A stretch of DNA of 64,000 nt from Paraphysomonas bandaiensis (lineage: Eukaryota > Protista > Chrysophyceae): the NCBI GenBank assembly GCA_965644295.1, contig CBFFRP010000297.1:558001-622000 (forward strand), given 5' to 3'. The notes below the pieces were generated by a model. The model made no database searches, was not told the DNA's origin, and saw only the letters and a program-made list of their open reading frames with translations. Positions 51,590 to 63,856 of this stretch are shown piece by piece (the stretch's first letter is position 1; each line of letters starts with the position of its first letter). Made by a program: the position numbers and the translations under genes.

Positions 51590-52103
51590 ATATCTAGACT
51601 GTGTGGTTAACTGCTTCTCAACGTTACTAAAACGAATGAGAAGAGCAAAGGAGCTGGGAAACTTGTTGTAGCAGATTTTTCCGGGCCCTACTCACCCGAA
51701 GCAATCGCTACCGGGAATCGTTACGTACTCAGGATAGCAGACGTAGCATCTATGCATCAATGGGATTCCTACGGAAAAACGAGAGATAAAGACCTTGTTA
51801 TCAATTTCATCCGGAGTGTCGTTACATACCTAGAAAGTAAAGGTAAAAAATTACAACATTATCACGCGGACGGCGGAAAAGAATTAATATCCATTAGGCT
51901 GCTGAGTGCTCGTTCTTTAGTCGTCCTCTATAGTCATTCCTGATATGGATTAACCTCGGGGGTGTAGGGAGAACTAAATGTCCACGTGGCCCCGATGGAT
52001 TGGAATAATCCAATACCTTGCTTAATATTAATTATTATCCGCCGTCCGCGTGATACTGTTGTAACATTTTACCCTCACTTCGCAAGTATGCGACACTCCG
52101 GAT
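51590..52103. mobile_element. Ty1/copia integrase relic arranged as a fold-back of two oppositely oriented fragments
   Basis: + strand: LVVADFSGPY...NRYVL.IADVAS...LQHYHADGGKEL (rve core). - strand: QQYHADGG...TFSSPYTPEVNPYQE..RTTKERA. Stops and frameshifts present. Confidence 0.8.
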
Positions 52104-52637
52104 ACTGCAAGGCCTCTGTTGCCAACAGCTCTAGTCAAAATACTATGGTTCCTGATGAGAGCAATATTGCGAGTTTGTTTATGACGAAAGAATAAAGAAT
52201 TGATCTTTATAATAGTAAAACAATGTTGTGATTATTAGAGTGTAAGTAATGAACACGATAGAGTGAAAATTATGAATAACAATATAGAACGTAGCTCATG
52301 CATAACGGAATAGTTAGAAGTGTAACTGATAATGACGACGTTATGATGACGATCACGTATCTTCGACAGATACTCTCTCTAATTCAGTTCATGGTATATT
52401 TCATTGAACATTATAACTCACAGATACAATCATGTATTAAGCTGAATCCCAATAGAAAGCAACTATACCTTATATTGGAAGCAAGCAGATATACTGCCGC
52501 TCATACTGAGATATTATGGAACCATAACTTCTAAGTAGTAACTAAAATCACGTAAGCAAGACAATAAAAAGTTCATTTCATATTAACGGCACTCAGCTCT
52601 TCAGTTAGGAGCTACAAGTTCTCACTATAACTCCCAT

Positions 52638-52897
52638 CTAGATTATGACACCTCCAGCTCTATCACTTGGAACTGGTGCACTGAACTTATCAGTAGTGTC
52701 CCGTCTAAATTCCTCAAGAGACTGTCCCATGAGCTCTCTCGACTTCCGTATTGTCGCCCAGCTTGATCTTCAGTTCCCTACTTGACCTCCCATCAGCGCC
52801 TGCTTCTTGCGAGAGAGCTGCTCCTCTCAGAGTCAAACCATCATCAATCAAGCATCAGATGAATCGTGTTGAGAGTGAGAAGACTCACATCACTCAT
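52638..52897 (-). CDS. Small 2-exon gene with in-frame TGA (52770-52772); candidate selenoprotein of ~62 aa
   Basis: ATG AGT GAT|GTGAGT intron...CAG| then LSRKKQALMGGQVGN-TGA-RSSWATIRKSRELMGQSLEEFRRDTTDKFSAPVPSDRAGGVII-TAG. It sits in the divergent-partner position of the OSCA gene with the local promoter motif upstream. Confidence 0.55.
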
Positions 52898-53618
52898 GTT
52901 GCCATGTGTTTCTTACTGCTGTATGTTTACTCCACTGCACTGTAGCTCTCGACCTGCGGGGCAATCCGCTATGCTTTTACCCAGAAAATGCTCATCACAC
53001 TAACTTTCCTTACCAAAAAAACCAAAATCGATTTCTAGATTTCTATTTCCCCCAAAAATGTTGACCAAAGTAATAGAAAATGTCCATTTATAGATTTATA
53101 GCAATGTACAAGTCAACTTTTCAGTTCCTGTCATTAGAAGGGAAAATTCCACTTCCACCCCTCCACACACCATACCCTCCAACCCTTATTTTGAATACGG
53201 TGGATAAGTACATGTACAGCAGTACGTTAATCTCCACTCTACAGCAGTACATATGAATGTTATCATATGAAAGTCTGTCTCTCCATACATGTACATACAT
53301 ATGAGTCTATGAGTATACACATACATGTACCTATACATGTACATAGAAGTAAGTTGTGAAGAGGTACTCTCAGTCTATACACACATATATAAACATGCTC
53401 GTATAGCGTTAACATTCACTGCCTCTATGTGCCATATCAATCACCAGTCCATTGATGGATTACATGGACGTACAGTATGATGTACTGTGATTTATATTTA
53501 ATGGGACAGTCAATACTTCAACAAGATTAGAGTATGCAGGGTACGTTCATGTACATGTGTATGTATGTATAGAGAGGGAGGCTAACTGTGTGATATCTGT
53601 GTAGAAGGAGATTATCCT

Positions 53619-56600
53619 ATGGGGGATCTGAAGGAGGGCACTGGAAACAGTCTGAAGAGATCACTCCGACGACATCGAGAGAGTCCATCAGATAATCCAG
53701 AGCATATAGAGTCCCCTCAGAGGAGTCCTAGGGACACTAACACATCACAGAGACGATCAATGGCATCTGATACATCCAGTCAACGACAATCAACTACAGG
53801 TGACTACACTCCGATGAGAAATATATATTCTCAATATGTTATAGGAAATGGTAGACGGGATGAGCGCAATGCCCGGGAATCACTAGATAGTATCGGTAGT
53901 ACAAGACGAACTCCTCGAGGTCAGAATCGCCCAAGTGTTATGACTTCACGCCGCAGTCGTATGAAGCGGGAGGCGCTGGCAGTACCCCCATCTCCAGCAA
54001 CGGTTGCGTCATCTCAGCATGTGTGGGCGTCACCTGGATCAGTTGCATCGTCAATACGTCGTCAAAATAACGACACACCTCGAAGCAGGATTTCAATAAA
54101 TGATGACGGAAATAACTGGGATGGAAAAGGCACGTTAAAGAGTGTCCATTCTTCGTCTCCACCTTATGTACCGGATAAGTATGCACACGTGGGAGAAGCT
54201 CAAGATCTATTGACACCTTCTGCTTCACCTAGCCATCATTCAAAGCCATCCATTCAGGAGGAGCAGAATAGTCATAATTCTACTCCAACGCCCCAGCCAC
54301 ATGCAAGTAACAACAAAGATGAGAGTAATTGTAATCAAAGTGTTTCGGCATCTGAAGCCAGTCCATTCGCTTCTAGCCTGGCATCTTCACCGACATCTTT
54401 TTCCAGAAGCGATAACTCCGGTATTATTACTTTAAATGCCAACTGTAGTCCTGTACTTGTAGTAACTGACACTTTTCAGATTTTCGAGGAAGTAGTATTG
54501 CAAATTCATCTCTCGACGAGCCAGTGGAGCTGCCTCGTCCTCGGCCATCTGCTAAGCCACACAAACCTAGGCCCGTATCGCATCGTAAACATCATTCTAA
54601 ACCACCGCCGCCACCCCCAGCGCCCCGTAGAAGACAGAGAGGACCAGATGGAAAAGCAGCACCCGCGATGCAGAAAGGAAGTGCGGCGTCTCAAAGTAAT
54701 ACGAAATTAAAAGGGGGTGTAACGAGCTCAAAGTCTTTTCTTGGTTCCAGCCTTTTCAACATGAGTTTCTTACTTGCCAAACCCCACGCCAACGCTTCAC
54801 GAAGTGACGAGAAGCCTGGAACGGAAGAAATTCGCAAACCTAGTTCTTTACAATTATCTGCGCTCAGTACGCATCGCTACCCAACAAATGAAAGTTCCTT
54901 GTCTCGACTTGCCAGCTACTCAGCACTACCTTCATTTTCAGTGTCTGCAGCTGCTGCCAATAGTAATCTTCATCCTGCTGCCGCGGGTAGCTTTCGTTTT
55001 TCTCCTCGTGCCCCACAGAACCCTCCGCGAAGGGGGTTCAATAGAGCGGAAGGTCGCGATTTCAGTACATTTTATAGATTACCCAGTAGAGATACAACTT
55101 CTTCTTTCATTATGTCTGCATCAGAAAGTCTAGATGACGACGAGGCATTCCTACTAGATTGTGGTCCTTCAATTGAAGAACCTATTCTGAGCTATCGACA
55201 AGCGATGCGTGTGGCAGCATTTAATCACCCTGGTGTTGTGGACAAAGATGGTGTAACCTTAATTCCTCACCCGCTGAACTCGGACTTTGGATGGTTCGAT
55301 TTTCCTTTTAAGAGATTGTTTTATGCAGAGCGGCATACCACGAGTGTGTTAGAAAAGTACGGTATTGGAATTACGTTGTGGTTCAAGTTTTTGGTATGTG
55401 CTGTGTATGTGTCTAGAAAGTACCACTAATTTCACTATTTTGTAGAAAGCATTCAGTATCATATTTTTCGTCATGTTCTTAGTTACAGTGACATCAGTCA
55501 TATTCTTTGTCAATGGAAATTATTATGGTTCTGAAGAAACCTCGTTTCGAATGGAGAGTTCTCCTACTGATTTACTCTTTACAACAACGCTGGGAAATTT
55601 AGGTTCCACTGGAACGTTGTGTTTTAGTGTTCCTGCTGGACAAGAGGTATGTCAGAGGTTGAATATGATACATTTGCGTTAAGGTATGTCAGGTTGCTGT
55701 TGATTGTCAGGGTGGAACAGTTCAGGCTATAAGTGCATATTATGGTCAACCATCCGGGTCCTGCACGTGTCCAAGTATTCAGCAGCCGCTCTCCAGTGGG
55801 ACTTGTCCTGGTGATGTAGTCAGTAAGTCTGGCTCGAAGACGTGTTCGATGGACCTGTATGGTAATAAAGAGGCATGTTTTTTGTCTGAATTAGATTTAA
55901 ACTACGGTTCGCCACAGCCGTGTTGTGCATTCAACAGAGATGATAAAGGCGAACCGGATCTCAGCGATCTCACAATATCCGCAAATTACTCATGCAATTC
56001 TCTCACGGCTCAGTATATTGCTGAAGGCATGTGTCTAGGAAAGCGTTCTTGTATGATGATAGCAGATCCTGACTATGAGTACAGTTGGAAAGGATCGTTG
56101 GCAAAAGATTTGCCGTCAAATGTGTGCCAATCTCGTAGCTTTAATAGCAAAGTTCTGATGGAAAATCAGTGCAATACTACACTTGGGTATACTGGTTCGT
56201 GGGAATCCTGTCCGACAGGATCTCCTGCATCGTCAAGTCGCTTTCTACAAATACAAGTATGATATTTCGCTCTTATTTTTCTTTCTGACGCTGCTGCAGG
56301 TGTTATGCACAGATGAAACTATCGATATACTCAATACATCTGTGTCCAAGCCGTTTGTTGTCACACTAGCTTCTGCACTCAATGCTTTGGCTGTTTTGAT
56401 TTTTATATTTGGTATATACTGGGTATCATATCAGCAGGTATGTTTTAGTGTTCGGTATCAGGTGATGTCTTACGAATTGTTTTTCACCAGAGAATGGAAG
56501 AAGTTTATATGGACAGAAATACTTGCCGCGCGAAGGACTTTACTGTAAGGCTAGATGTTATTCCTGATCATTCCAGCACACACGAACTTGCAAAGAAATT

Positions 56601-59407
56601 ACGACGGCACTTTGAAAAGACACTATCTGCGAGCAGGCCCTGCTACCTTCCTGGCATTGTCCGTGTGGCGGATATCATTTTCACCACAGGGAGTTTCACA
56701 GTCCTCGAGGCAGCAATTAAGCGCGGAAAGGTTGTTCGTGGTGTTTCAAATATATATTGGATGACATATCATTTTAGGCGGCAAGGATGCTGGATTTGCT
56801 GTTGTACAGGAAAAGTGTTCTAGAATACTTACACAGGGAAAGCGGGATTACATACTCACTTCTCACGTGGCGGGAAAATTCTTGGAAAGAGTCATACGAA
56901 TATTGGAATAATGTTTGCGTCAAGCTATCATTAGACGGGTCGAATGCAAAAAAGGTTTAAACAATATAGAAATATAAAGAATGCTTCTAAGTTATGTAAA
57001 GGTGAAACGTGCATATATCACTTTCGAGTCGGAGGAAGGTTTCTTGCGATGTTTGAAGTATTTCCCTTCAAACACGTTCTCCACGTACTTTCGAAGAGAA
57101 GATGCAACCGTCGATGGAAAAGTTCTTCACGTTTACCCTGCTGAGGTAATGTAGACAGAATAATGTAATAAACGTGTTACATGAGTTGCAGGATCCGAGC
57201 GATATACTGTGGGAAAATCTTGGAACACCTAAGATACAGCAATTTTTGCGGCGATCATTAACGACATTTCTTTTAGTTGCACTACTTGTGGCTACTTATT
57301 TTATCGTAGATAAAGTGGGTTTAGCTTACTTTATTGTTTATTCAACTTACTAAATTCGTTGTGTCAGGCGATTCGATCAGGAGATAAATTCGAAAGTGAA
57401 TTTCCTGACGTAATTGATTGTGATGACTATGAGGTACTATATTCTCGTTGTCCTGGAATTGGTAAATTGAACTGTTTGTGCTCTAGGTGGATTTAAACAG
57501 GGCGAATGTTAATTCCAGCATTGAATCGCTGATAACCTATGAGCGAACTTTACGGGATGTCAATTGGCAGTATTACAACAATTCCAATGGGCGCCAAGGA
57601 TTTCTGCAGTGTTATTGCAGAGAAGTGTATGAGGAGAACGGCTTACATAGGTTAGTGATATCTATATTTCACTTCATGTTCTTGACGCTCATATTCAGTT
57701 TGATGAAATACACATTTCTCAATAGAGAGAAAAATCAAGAAGAAAAGTGGTGCAGAGATATTGTGTTGGGGTTCATCAATCTAACAGTTATTCGATTGGT
57801 AGTTGCAATTGTTGTCGTGTCAGTTAATATTAGTGCGAAATCGATACTAAGAGCCCTAAAGGACTTTGAGAGAAGGAGTTCACATTCAGAAATAAGCCAA
57901 TCAATGACGGCGAAGTTATTCGTTGTACAAGTTGTTAATACGGGATTACTTGTAATCCTTATGAATGGTCGTAGTCCAGTGTTTGAGGATTCGAAAATCA
58001 CTTTCTTGAATGGGAATTACGGTGATTTTACAGTGGAATGGTATGAGGATGTCGGTAAGAGTTTGATGGGCACAATGGCATTGTATATGCTTGGTGTTCA
58101 CGGTTTAAAGTTTGCAATGCTGGTGGTTAACAAGTGGCTGCGTTGGCAAGACAAGCATTTCACATCGGATATTCGCCTGACGTACCAAGTTTCTCAGGAT
58201 CAATTGAACAAACTTTACTTAGGACCAGAATTTGTTATTGAGGTGCGGTATGCAACAGCATTGACAATATGCTTCGTTTGCGTTGCATATGCCCCTGCTA
58301 TGCCCATGATGTACTTAATCGCATCGGCCGCGTTTTTTATCCTGTATTGTGTCGATAAATATTTTTTTCTGAGGGTTTATCGTATTCCTCGAGCTGTTTC
58401 CCCATCTCTTGCACATGCTGTAACGAGGTCTTTATATTTTGCGGCATTTCTAAACCTGGGTGTTGCAATTTGGTCGTTTAGTAGCTTGTTGGTGTTTAAT
58501 CCTGAGGTACCTGTATCAAGGACAACAGTTACCTATGACACGCTGAATTTTGTTACTGTCAGTTTCAGATTTGACCAGTACAACACTTTTCAGGAAAGAG
58601 TTTTCAACAAATATACAGTTGCGTCTTGGGTGGCTCTCTTACCACTTGTGTTGCTTATTATAATGACACTTCTCGTCAGCTTGATGCGTAATTTCAGCCC
58701 CATTGCCCGTATATTCTCGTCGTTTTCCAGTTTTCTACACGTCGAAAGACCATACGAAGGAAACCCAGAGTATTTTGATTCTCTGCCGTTGCCGCTGCTT
58801 AAACGACGCGTTGAAGATGGGATTGGAAAGCGCCATATTTTGCAAAGGTACCGGGAAAGAATAAAGGAATACGAGAATACTCCATCTGATGATAAGCAGG
58901 TACGCATATATAATCTTTGAGAATTAACTATTTTTATCGTACTATTTCATTCAGCTTGAGGGCTTGGAGTCATACGACATTGGAATGAACGAAATATATG
59001 CCGATAAAATAGCGCTTAACAGTGACTACATATTACGCAATCGCCCACCAGATTTGTTTCAACATTATGACCCAAATGCCAGCAACGATAGAATACATGT
59101 AGTCAATGCATTGAACTCGAGCGATCCCCAAGAAAAAGAAAAGGATTCAGCTAGAAATGATGAATTTTATAATGGTCAACGTCATGATGACTCTTCTGTG
59201 ACGCCATCGAAGCAGGATCTGAGAAGTACATCGAGCTCGAAAAAATCGAAAGGCAAAGTGAAAACAATGGGTCGTCGAGACAAGAAGAATGGCACTTTGA
59301 CGAGTACTCGAAGAAATAGAGAAAAAACTTCAGAAAGTTCTTGTAATTTGGTTACGAAGGTGAGTAATGTCTCGGATTTGTTTCAGGACGATGGGCAATA
59401 TCTTTGA
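53619..59407 (+). CDS. OSCA/TMEM63 (CSC1)-like multi-pass channel with long disordered N-terminus and extracellular SUEL lectin-like domain
   Basis: YGIGITLWFKFL, TTLGNLG, KDFTV, AYITFE, PSDILWENL, KLFVVQVVNTG, DFTVEWY..VG, QDQLNKLYLGPEF...RYA, VDKYFFLRVY.IP. Confidence 0.85.
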
Positions 59408-59568
59408 TTTCGCTGTTCTAAGCGATATTGTGTAGCACACATAATATTTTAACTGTTTCAGATGTTTAAGTAATTAGTTTTTTCCTATAACCTTTTGACT
59501 GTTGTTGTTTCAATTGATCACTCCTTCACAGCCAGGAAAATATAGCCTTGTATTTATCTGGTAGACAA

Positions 59569-59945
59569 TGGTGAATGTCTGTTATTAGCAATAGGGGTGT
59601 AAGAGTCAGAACTAATGTAGCAAAACAATTTACCTAACTAGTGTTTAACGCTGATATCATACATTATTTATCGCTACAAAAGCTGCTTGTTGTCACCACT
59701 TTCGCTCCATGTCCTTAAGTGAACAGCCCGGGTGCTTGACTTCAGTAGGCAGCCCAATATCCCGGATACCCATGAGGCTTGATGAGGGCCCATTTCCGGA
59801 CACCTGTTATTCATCAAGGCCCAAAGACGTCTACACAAGTAACACTTATATTATTAATATCCCTTGTACCACAGAAGCATTTAGCTATGAGTAGGCAGAA
59901 CAATATCTGCTGACTATATATGCGGCTCACGTTAGTTTCCCGGAG
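59569..59945 (+). repeat. Dispersed repeat family B copy
   Basis: Shares blocks with 20733+, 47709+, 50650+ and, in reverse, 28815-28849. Confidence 0.8.
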
Positions 59946-61289
59946 AAATTTTTCTGGTACCCGCAGAACATCACACGAAAAGGTGCGATTCCGACTTTGT
60001 TGAGGCGGTAGACAATGAACACCCACACTACGAGCGTTCTTATGATGTTGTATCATTAGATAGTGCATCATATTATGCAATTAGTAAAAAGTGCCAACCA
60101 TATGTAGTTGATGTCACTGCTTCATAATTTTGCGAACTTCTACTTTACCCAACAGACATGAAGACCCAACTATAGGAAAGGAGAATGTAAAAAAATTATC
60201 CAATATTTGTAAAGATACATATACGTTGCTACAATGAATCAAACATTTTTGACAACGGCTAGAGTAGAGTGTACCTGATTTTAAATAGTGGTAGACTGTT
60301 AACATTTTGTCTCTTATGAAATAACAACAGAGCAGAACTAACTGGAGATAGAAACTTATCCCAGTCTATATAGCCACATCAAAACTTATATTTAATTTTA
60401 TTTGTGTCTCCTATATTCATAGTTCATATTTCTTGGGCTGTTTCAAGTGTGTAGACCTCAACGTGTATATGCCTTCGCTCTATGTAAATTTGTACCAGAA
60501 TAGTACTCTAGATGTGCTATCTTTCGTGTAGAGTTTGCTTGCGTTTTACAAAATATTATTGTTTTAACATTTAGTTAATGTACAGAGCAAAATTTAAGTG
60601 CATATTTTTTACATTCTACACAACGTGGCAACCGCAATGCTCTTTTGTGCTTACTTCTGTGGTTAACCTCTATGTGTGTGTGCATATCTTCTTGTTAGGT
60701 AATATGACTTTATACGTATAGATTCCAATTTATGGAGTGAATGCGGAGTGTTGCAATCTCTTACAGTATCTTCAGTTACTACTCTGACTGAACGATCTCT
60801 TCTGTACTTTGATGTGAATGATTCCCACGATAATCCCACAATTGCTTCCTCTTTCCAGTGTTAAGGGGGTTGTTTTGCCAGAGCTAGGGAACACTATATT
60901 GTATAGTTGTAATATGCATTGTTCGACTGATTAGAAGAAATACATTCATTTTTTTTACTATATATGATATAAAGCTAGCTTTCAATACATTGCTATACTA
61001 AGTATAGCATATGATCATGCGATCTTAGTATCTACAACTAGAATAGATGAATACATTACACGCATGTATTTAGCTGCTGATTGTGTTACTATTGCGATAT
61101 ATTGCACTTTAGTGTCCTGTATAACCATATATATTATACGCATGGCGCACTGATCCTTATATTACAAGGTCGACTCCTTATCTGTATAAATCGTGAAGAT
61201 ATAATGAACTTAGAATGGACAATGGACTACTTAAGTTTCAACACTATGGTTACTATGTTCACATACAATACACACATCTGCTATATTTC

Positions 61290-61346
61290 GAGTGCAATAT
61301 TGGATTTAGAGTGCAATATTGGATTTAGAGTGCAATATTGGATTTA
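61290..61346. repeat. Perfect 19-bp tandem repeat x3
   Basis: GAGTGCAATATTGGATTTA x3. Confidence 0.9.
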
Positions 61347-61541
61347 GATGTAACATATAACTCTTAAATTCTGAAACTGCTGTTAGAGACCTTTCCACTT
61401 ATTAGCATAGTTAAATAAATTCATACATCATACACCTAAGGATACATATTGCAGACCAATTTTAACAGCAGCGAATCAATCACAGCTATCAAGGAAAAGT
61501 TCGCTCTCATTACCCGGAATGTAACCAATATAATAATATAG

Positions 61542-62349
61542 TTAAGCTCCATCTGCAACACCACTGGCAAGTTCCCTCTCCGCCGGTTTTACCATGTCTC
61601 CGTCTATCTTAGCGACCTGTGGTATGCGACGCAGAACTTCGATTCGTGCTGCTTCGCGAGTCATGTCCTCATATATCGGATTCCCAACGAATAGCACATC
61701 TCGAAGGTTAGGAAGCCCAGCCTGGCGTATAATAGCTCAATGACATGTACACTTTAACACAGAGATGCACCACAACTCACCAACTTATCCAGCTCACTCC
61801 ATGACTTAATTTGGTTGTTAGATATATATAAAACAGCTAAGTTTCGAAGAACATTAACACCATCCAAACTGTTAATTTGATTATAAGACAACCACAGCTC
61901 CTCAAGTGTTTCCGCAACGTCATCTAATTTCTCGATCTGCAGCAATCAAACTCTTGAATGACAACAGAAAAAACACGAGATAATACGAGTGTACCTTCTT
62001 GATTTGGTTTCTCCCAAGTGATAATATCTTCAGCTTCGACATCCCTGCAAGAGGAATGATTCTATCGATAGCGTTTGTTGATAGTGCCAATCGTCTGATG
62101 AGATTCACATATAGCATCAACAGTAAACTGACAGTTACATCCATTGACTTACTCGCAATTGCGGAGACCGTTAAGAGAACTGTCCATCTTTATTATGGGG
62201 GGAACCTGACAGTAAAGTTTGATATAATCGGCGTCCTCTGCGGACATGTTGTTGGCTGCCTCCCAGTTCTTAAGAGCTTGAGCACAAGTGGTCTGTATAT
62301 GCACATATATGAGAGACAAGCGGGTCATATGCACTGATACAATTACCAT
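61542..62349 (-). CDS. DNAL1: Axonemal outer-arm dynein light chain 1 (LC1, leucine-rich repeat), 5 exons
   Basis: M|TTCAQALKNWE...KLYCQVPPIIKMD, LALSTNAIDRI, LKILSLGRNQIKKIE, TLEELWLSYNQI, LFVGNPIYE...KIDG. Confidence 0.93.
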
Positions 62350-63856
62350 TTTATAAGCAGACTATTCCAAATACTATGAGCAGGTCGTTTATATGAAGTA
62401 AAGTGAGAGTTGGGTTTGTTTAAAGCATTGAGATGAGCTGACAGTGTGAGGGGCTTATATATACACACCTGCATGCATACACGTCTATCTATACATACAT
62501 ATACAGGTAGAGGTACATACACACGTACGTATAGAGAGAGTGATAATGTATGAGATGCTCCGTAGACACACACCCAACCCAACTGACAACATGCGAAACC
62601 GATACTGTACTAGAGTAAATACAGAGATATACAGACAGATGTACTGCTGTACTACGCAATGTAATGTACTGAAGTACAAGGTAATGCAGTACGATTGAAT
62701 TGGGGGATTTTGGGGTGTTATTTTCAAGGGTTTTTGGAATCCCGCTAGCACAATATTCCGGTTTTCATACAAGGCAATGAGATATCATGGATATACAGAG
62801 CAGTGCAGTGTGTTGCATATCTATACATACATGCAGACATCATTGTAAGGTGACATGATCACATCATATTAACTGCACACAACACGTGTCGTGAAGGAAG
62901 AAGGAAGTATTACAACAGTACCCATGCACCTCTTATGTGGCATCAATACAGAGCACTCATAATACAGAGATATCTTTATATGTGGAGAGTGTTGCAGTTA
63001 GAAGATACGGATCATGACTCTTATGTGTTCATAGGTGTTGTTTTTAGTTCAATCTGATGGATGTGTGGTGGAGGGGAACAAGAAGAAGCTGTGAAGGACA
63101 GAAGTAATTACTTCATCAAATAGTAAACTGCCCAAGAAGCCCCAGAATACAACTATAACACAATGTGCGGAGGGTTCGATCTGGAATGTATACAGCCAAT
63201 CTATATTGCATTACAATTCGAAGTATATAAACTCAGCATTGGAAGCCAACAGCCTTAAATTATATACTTGTTTTTTGACTAGTTTGATTGATCAATGCAT
63301 TTGAAGTAGATGGTATATATGAGACCACCAAACAAATAGGTGGCAAGACAGATGTATGAGTAAAACGTAACATAGTCTATTGTGTGACTGCACCAAAGAG
63401 GAGCTTAAAGTGAAAACCAATCAATACTAATTCAATTTCTCTTGTTATCATTTTAAGATATTTGCAGCTGCAATGAAATATCATTTTACAAATCAATTCT
63501 AACCCCAAACATATCGACATCTTATATATTTTGTGTTTTCATCAGTACAATCATAATATAGTTTTCCTATGCAATAAAGAAGATATCCTTGACACTACAC
63601 AATTGCTGTTAAAATATTTCATCACATGTACCCACTATCCTGTAAACCTCCTCGTCCTGCTTACATCTAAAATATTTCACACCCAACGCTCACAACTGGA
63701 GTAGTGCAGCATTATGTACACTAAAATTAAGCCGATTGAAATTTATTCTAATAAATCGGATCTGAAGCATACACAAAAAACGATATGTACTGTACAGAAA
63801 TATATAAAAAATAGTATCGATTTCATACAAAATTAATATATACTGCAATAAAGCGA

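Noticed and set aside
52300-52637. Canonical SECIS element for the UGA-containing gene
   Set aside because: Several RUGA-started candidates were examined, but none has the full GA/GA quartet plus apical AA with good pairing; not claimed.
56953-57001. Apparent frameshift in the OSCA-like gene
   Set aside because: Explained by a short GT-AG intron joining ...SNAKK to VKRAYITF.
62780-63400. Expected plus-strand divergent partner of DNAL1
   Set aside because: No convincing ORF or exon chain could be assembled.
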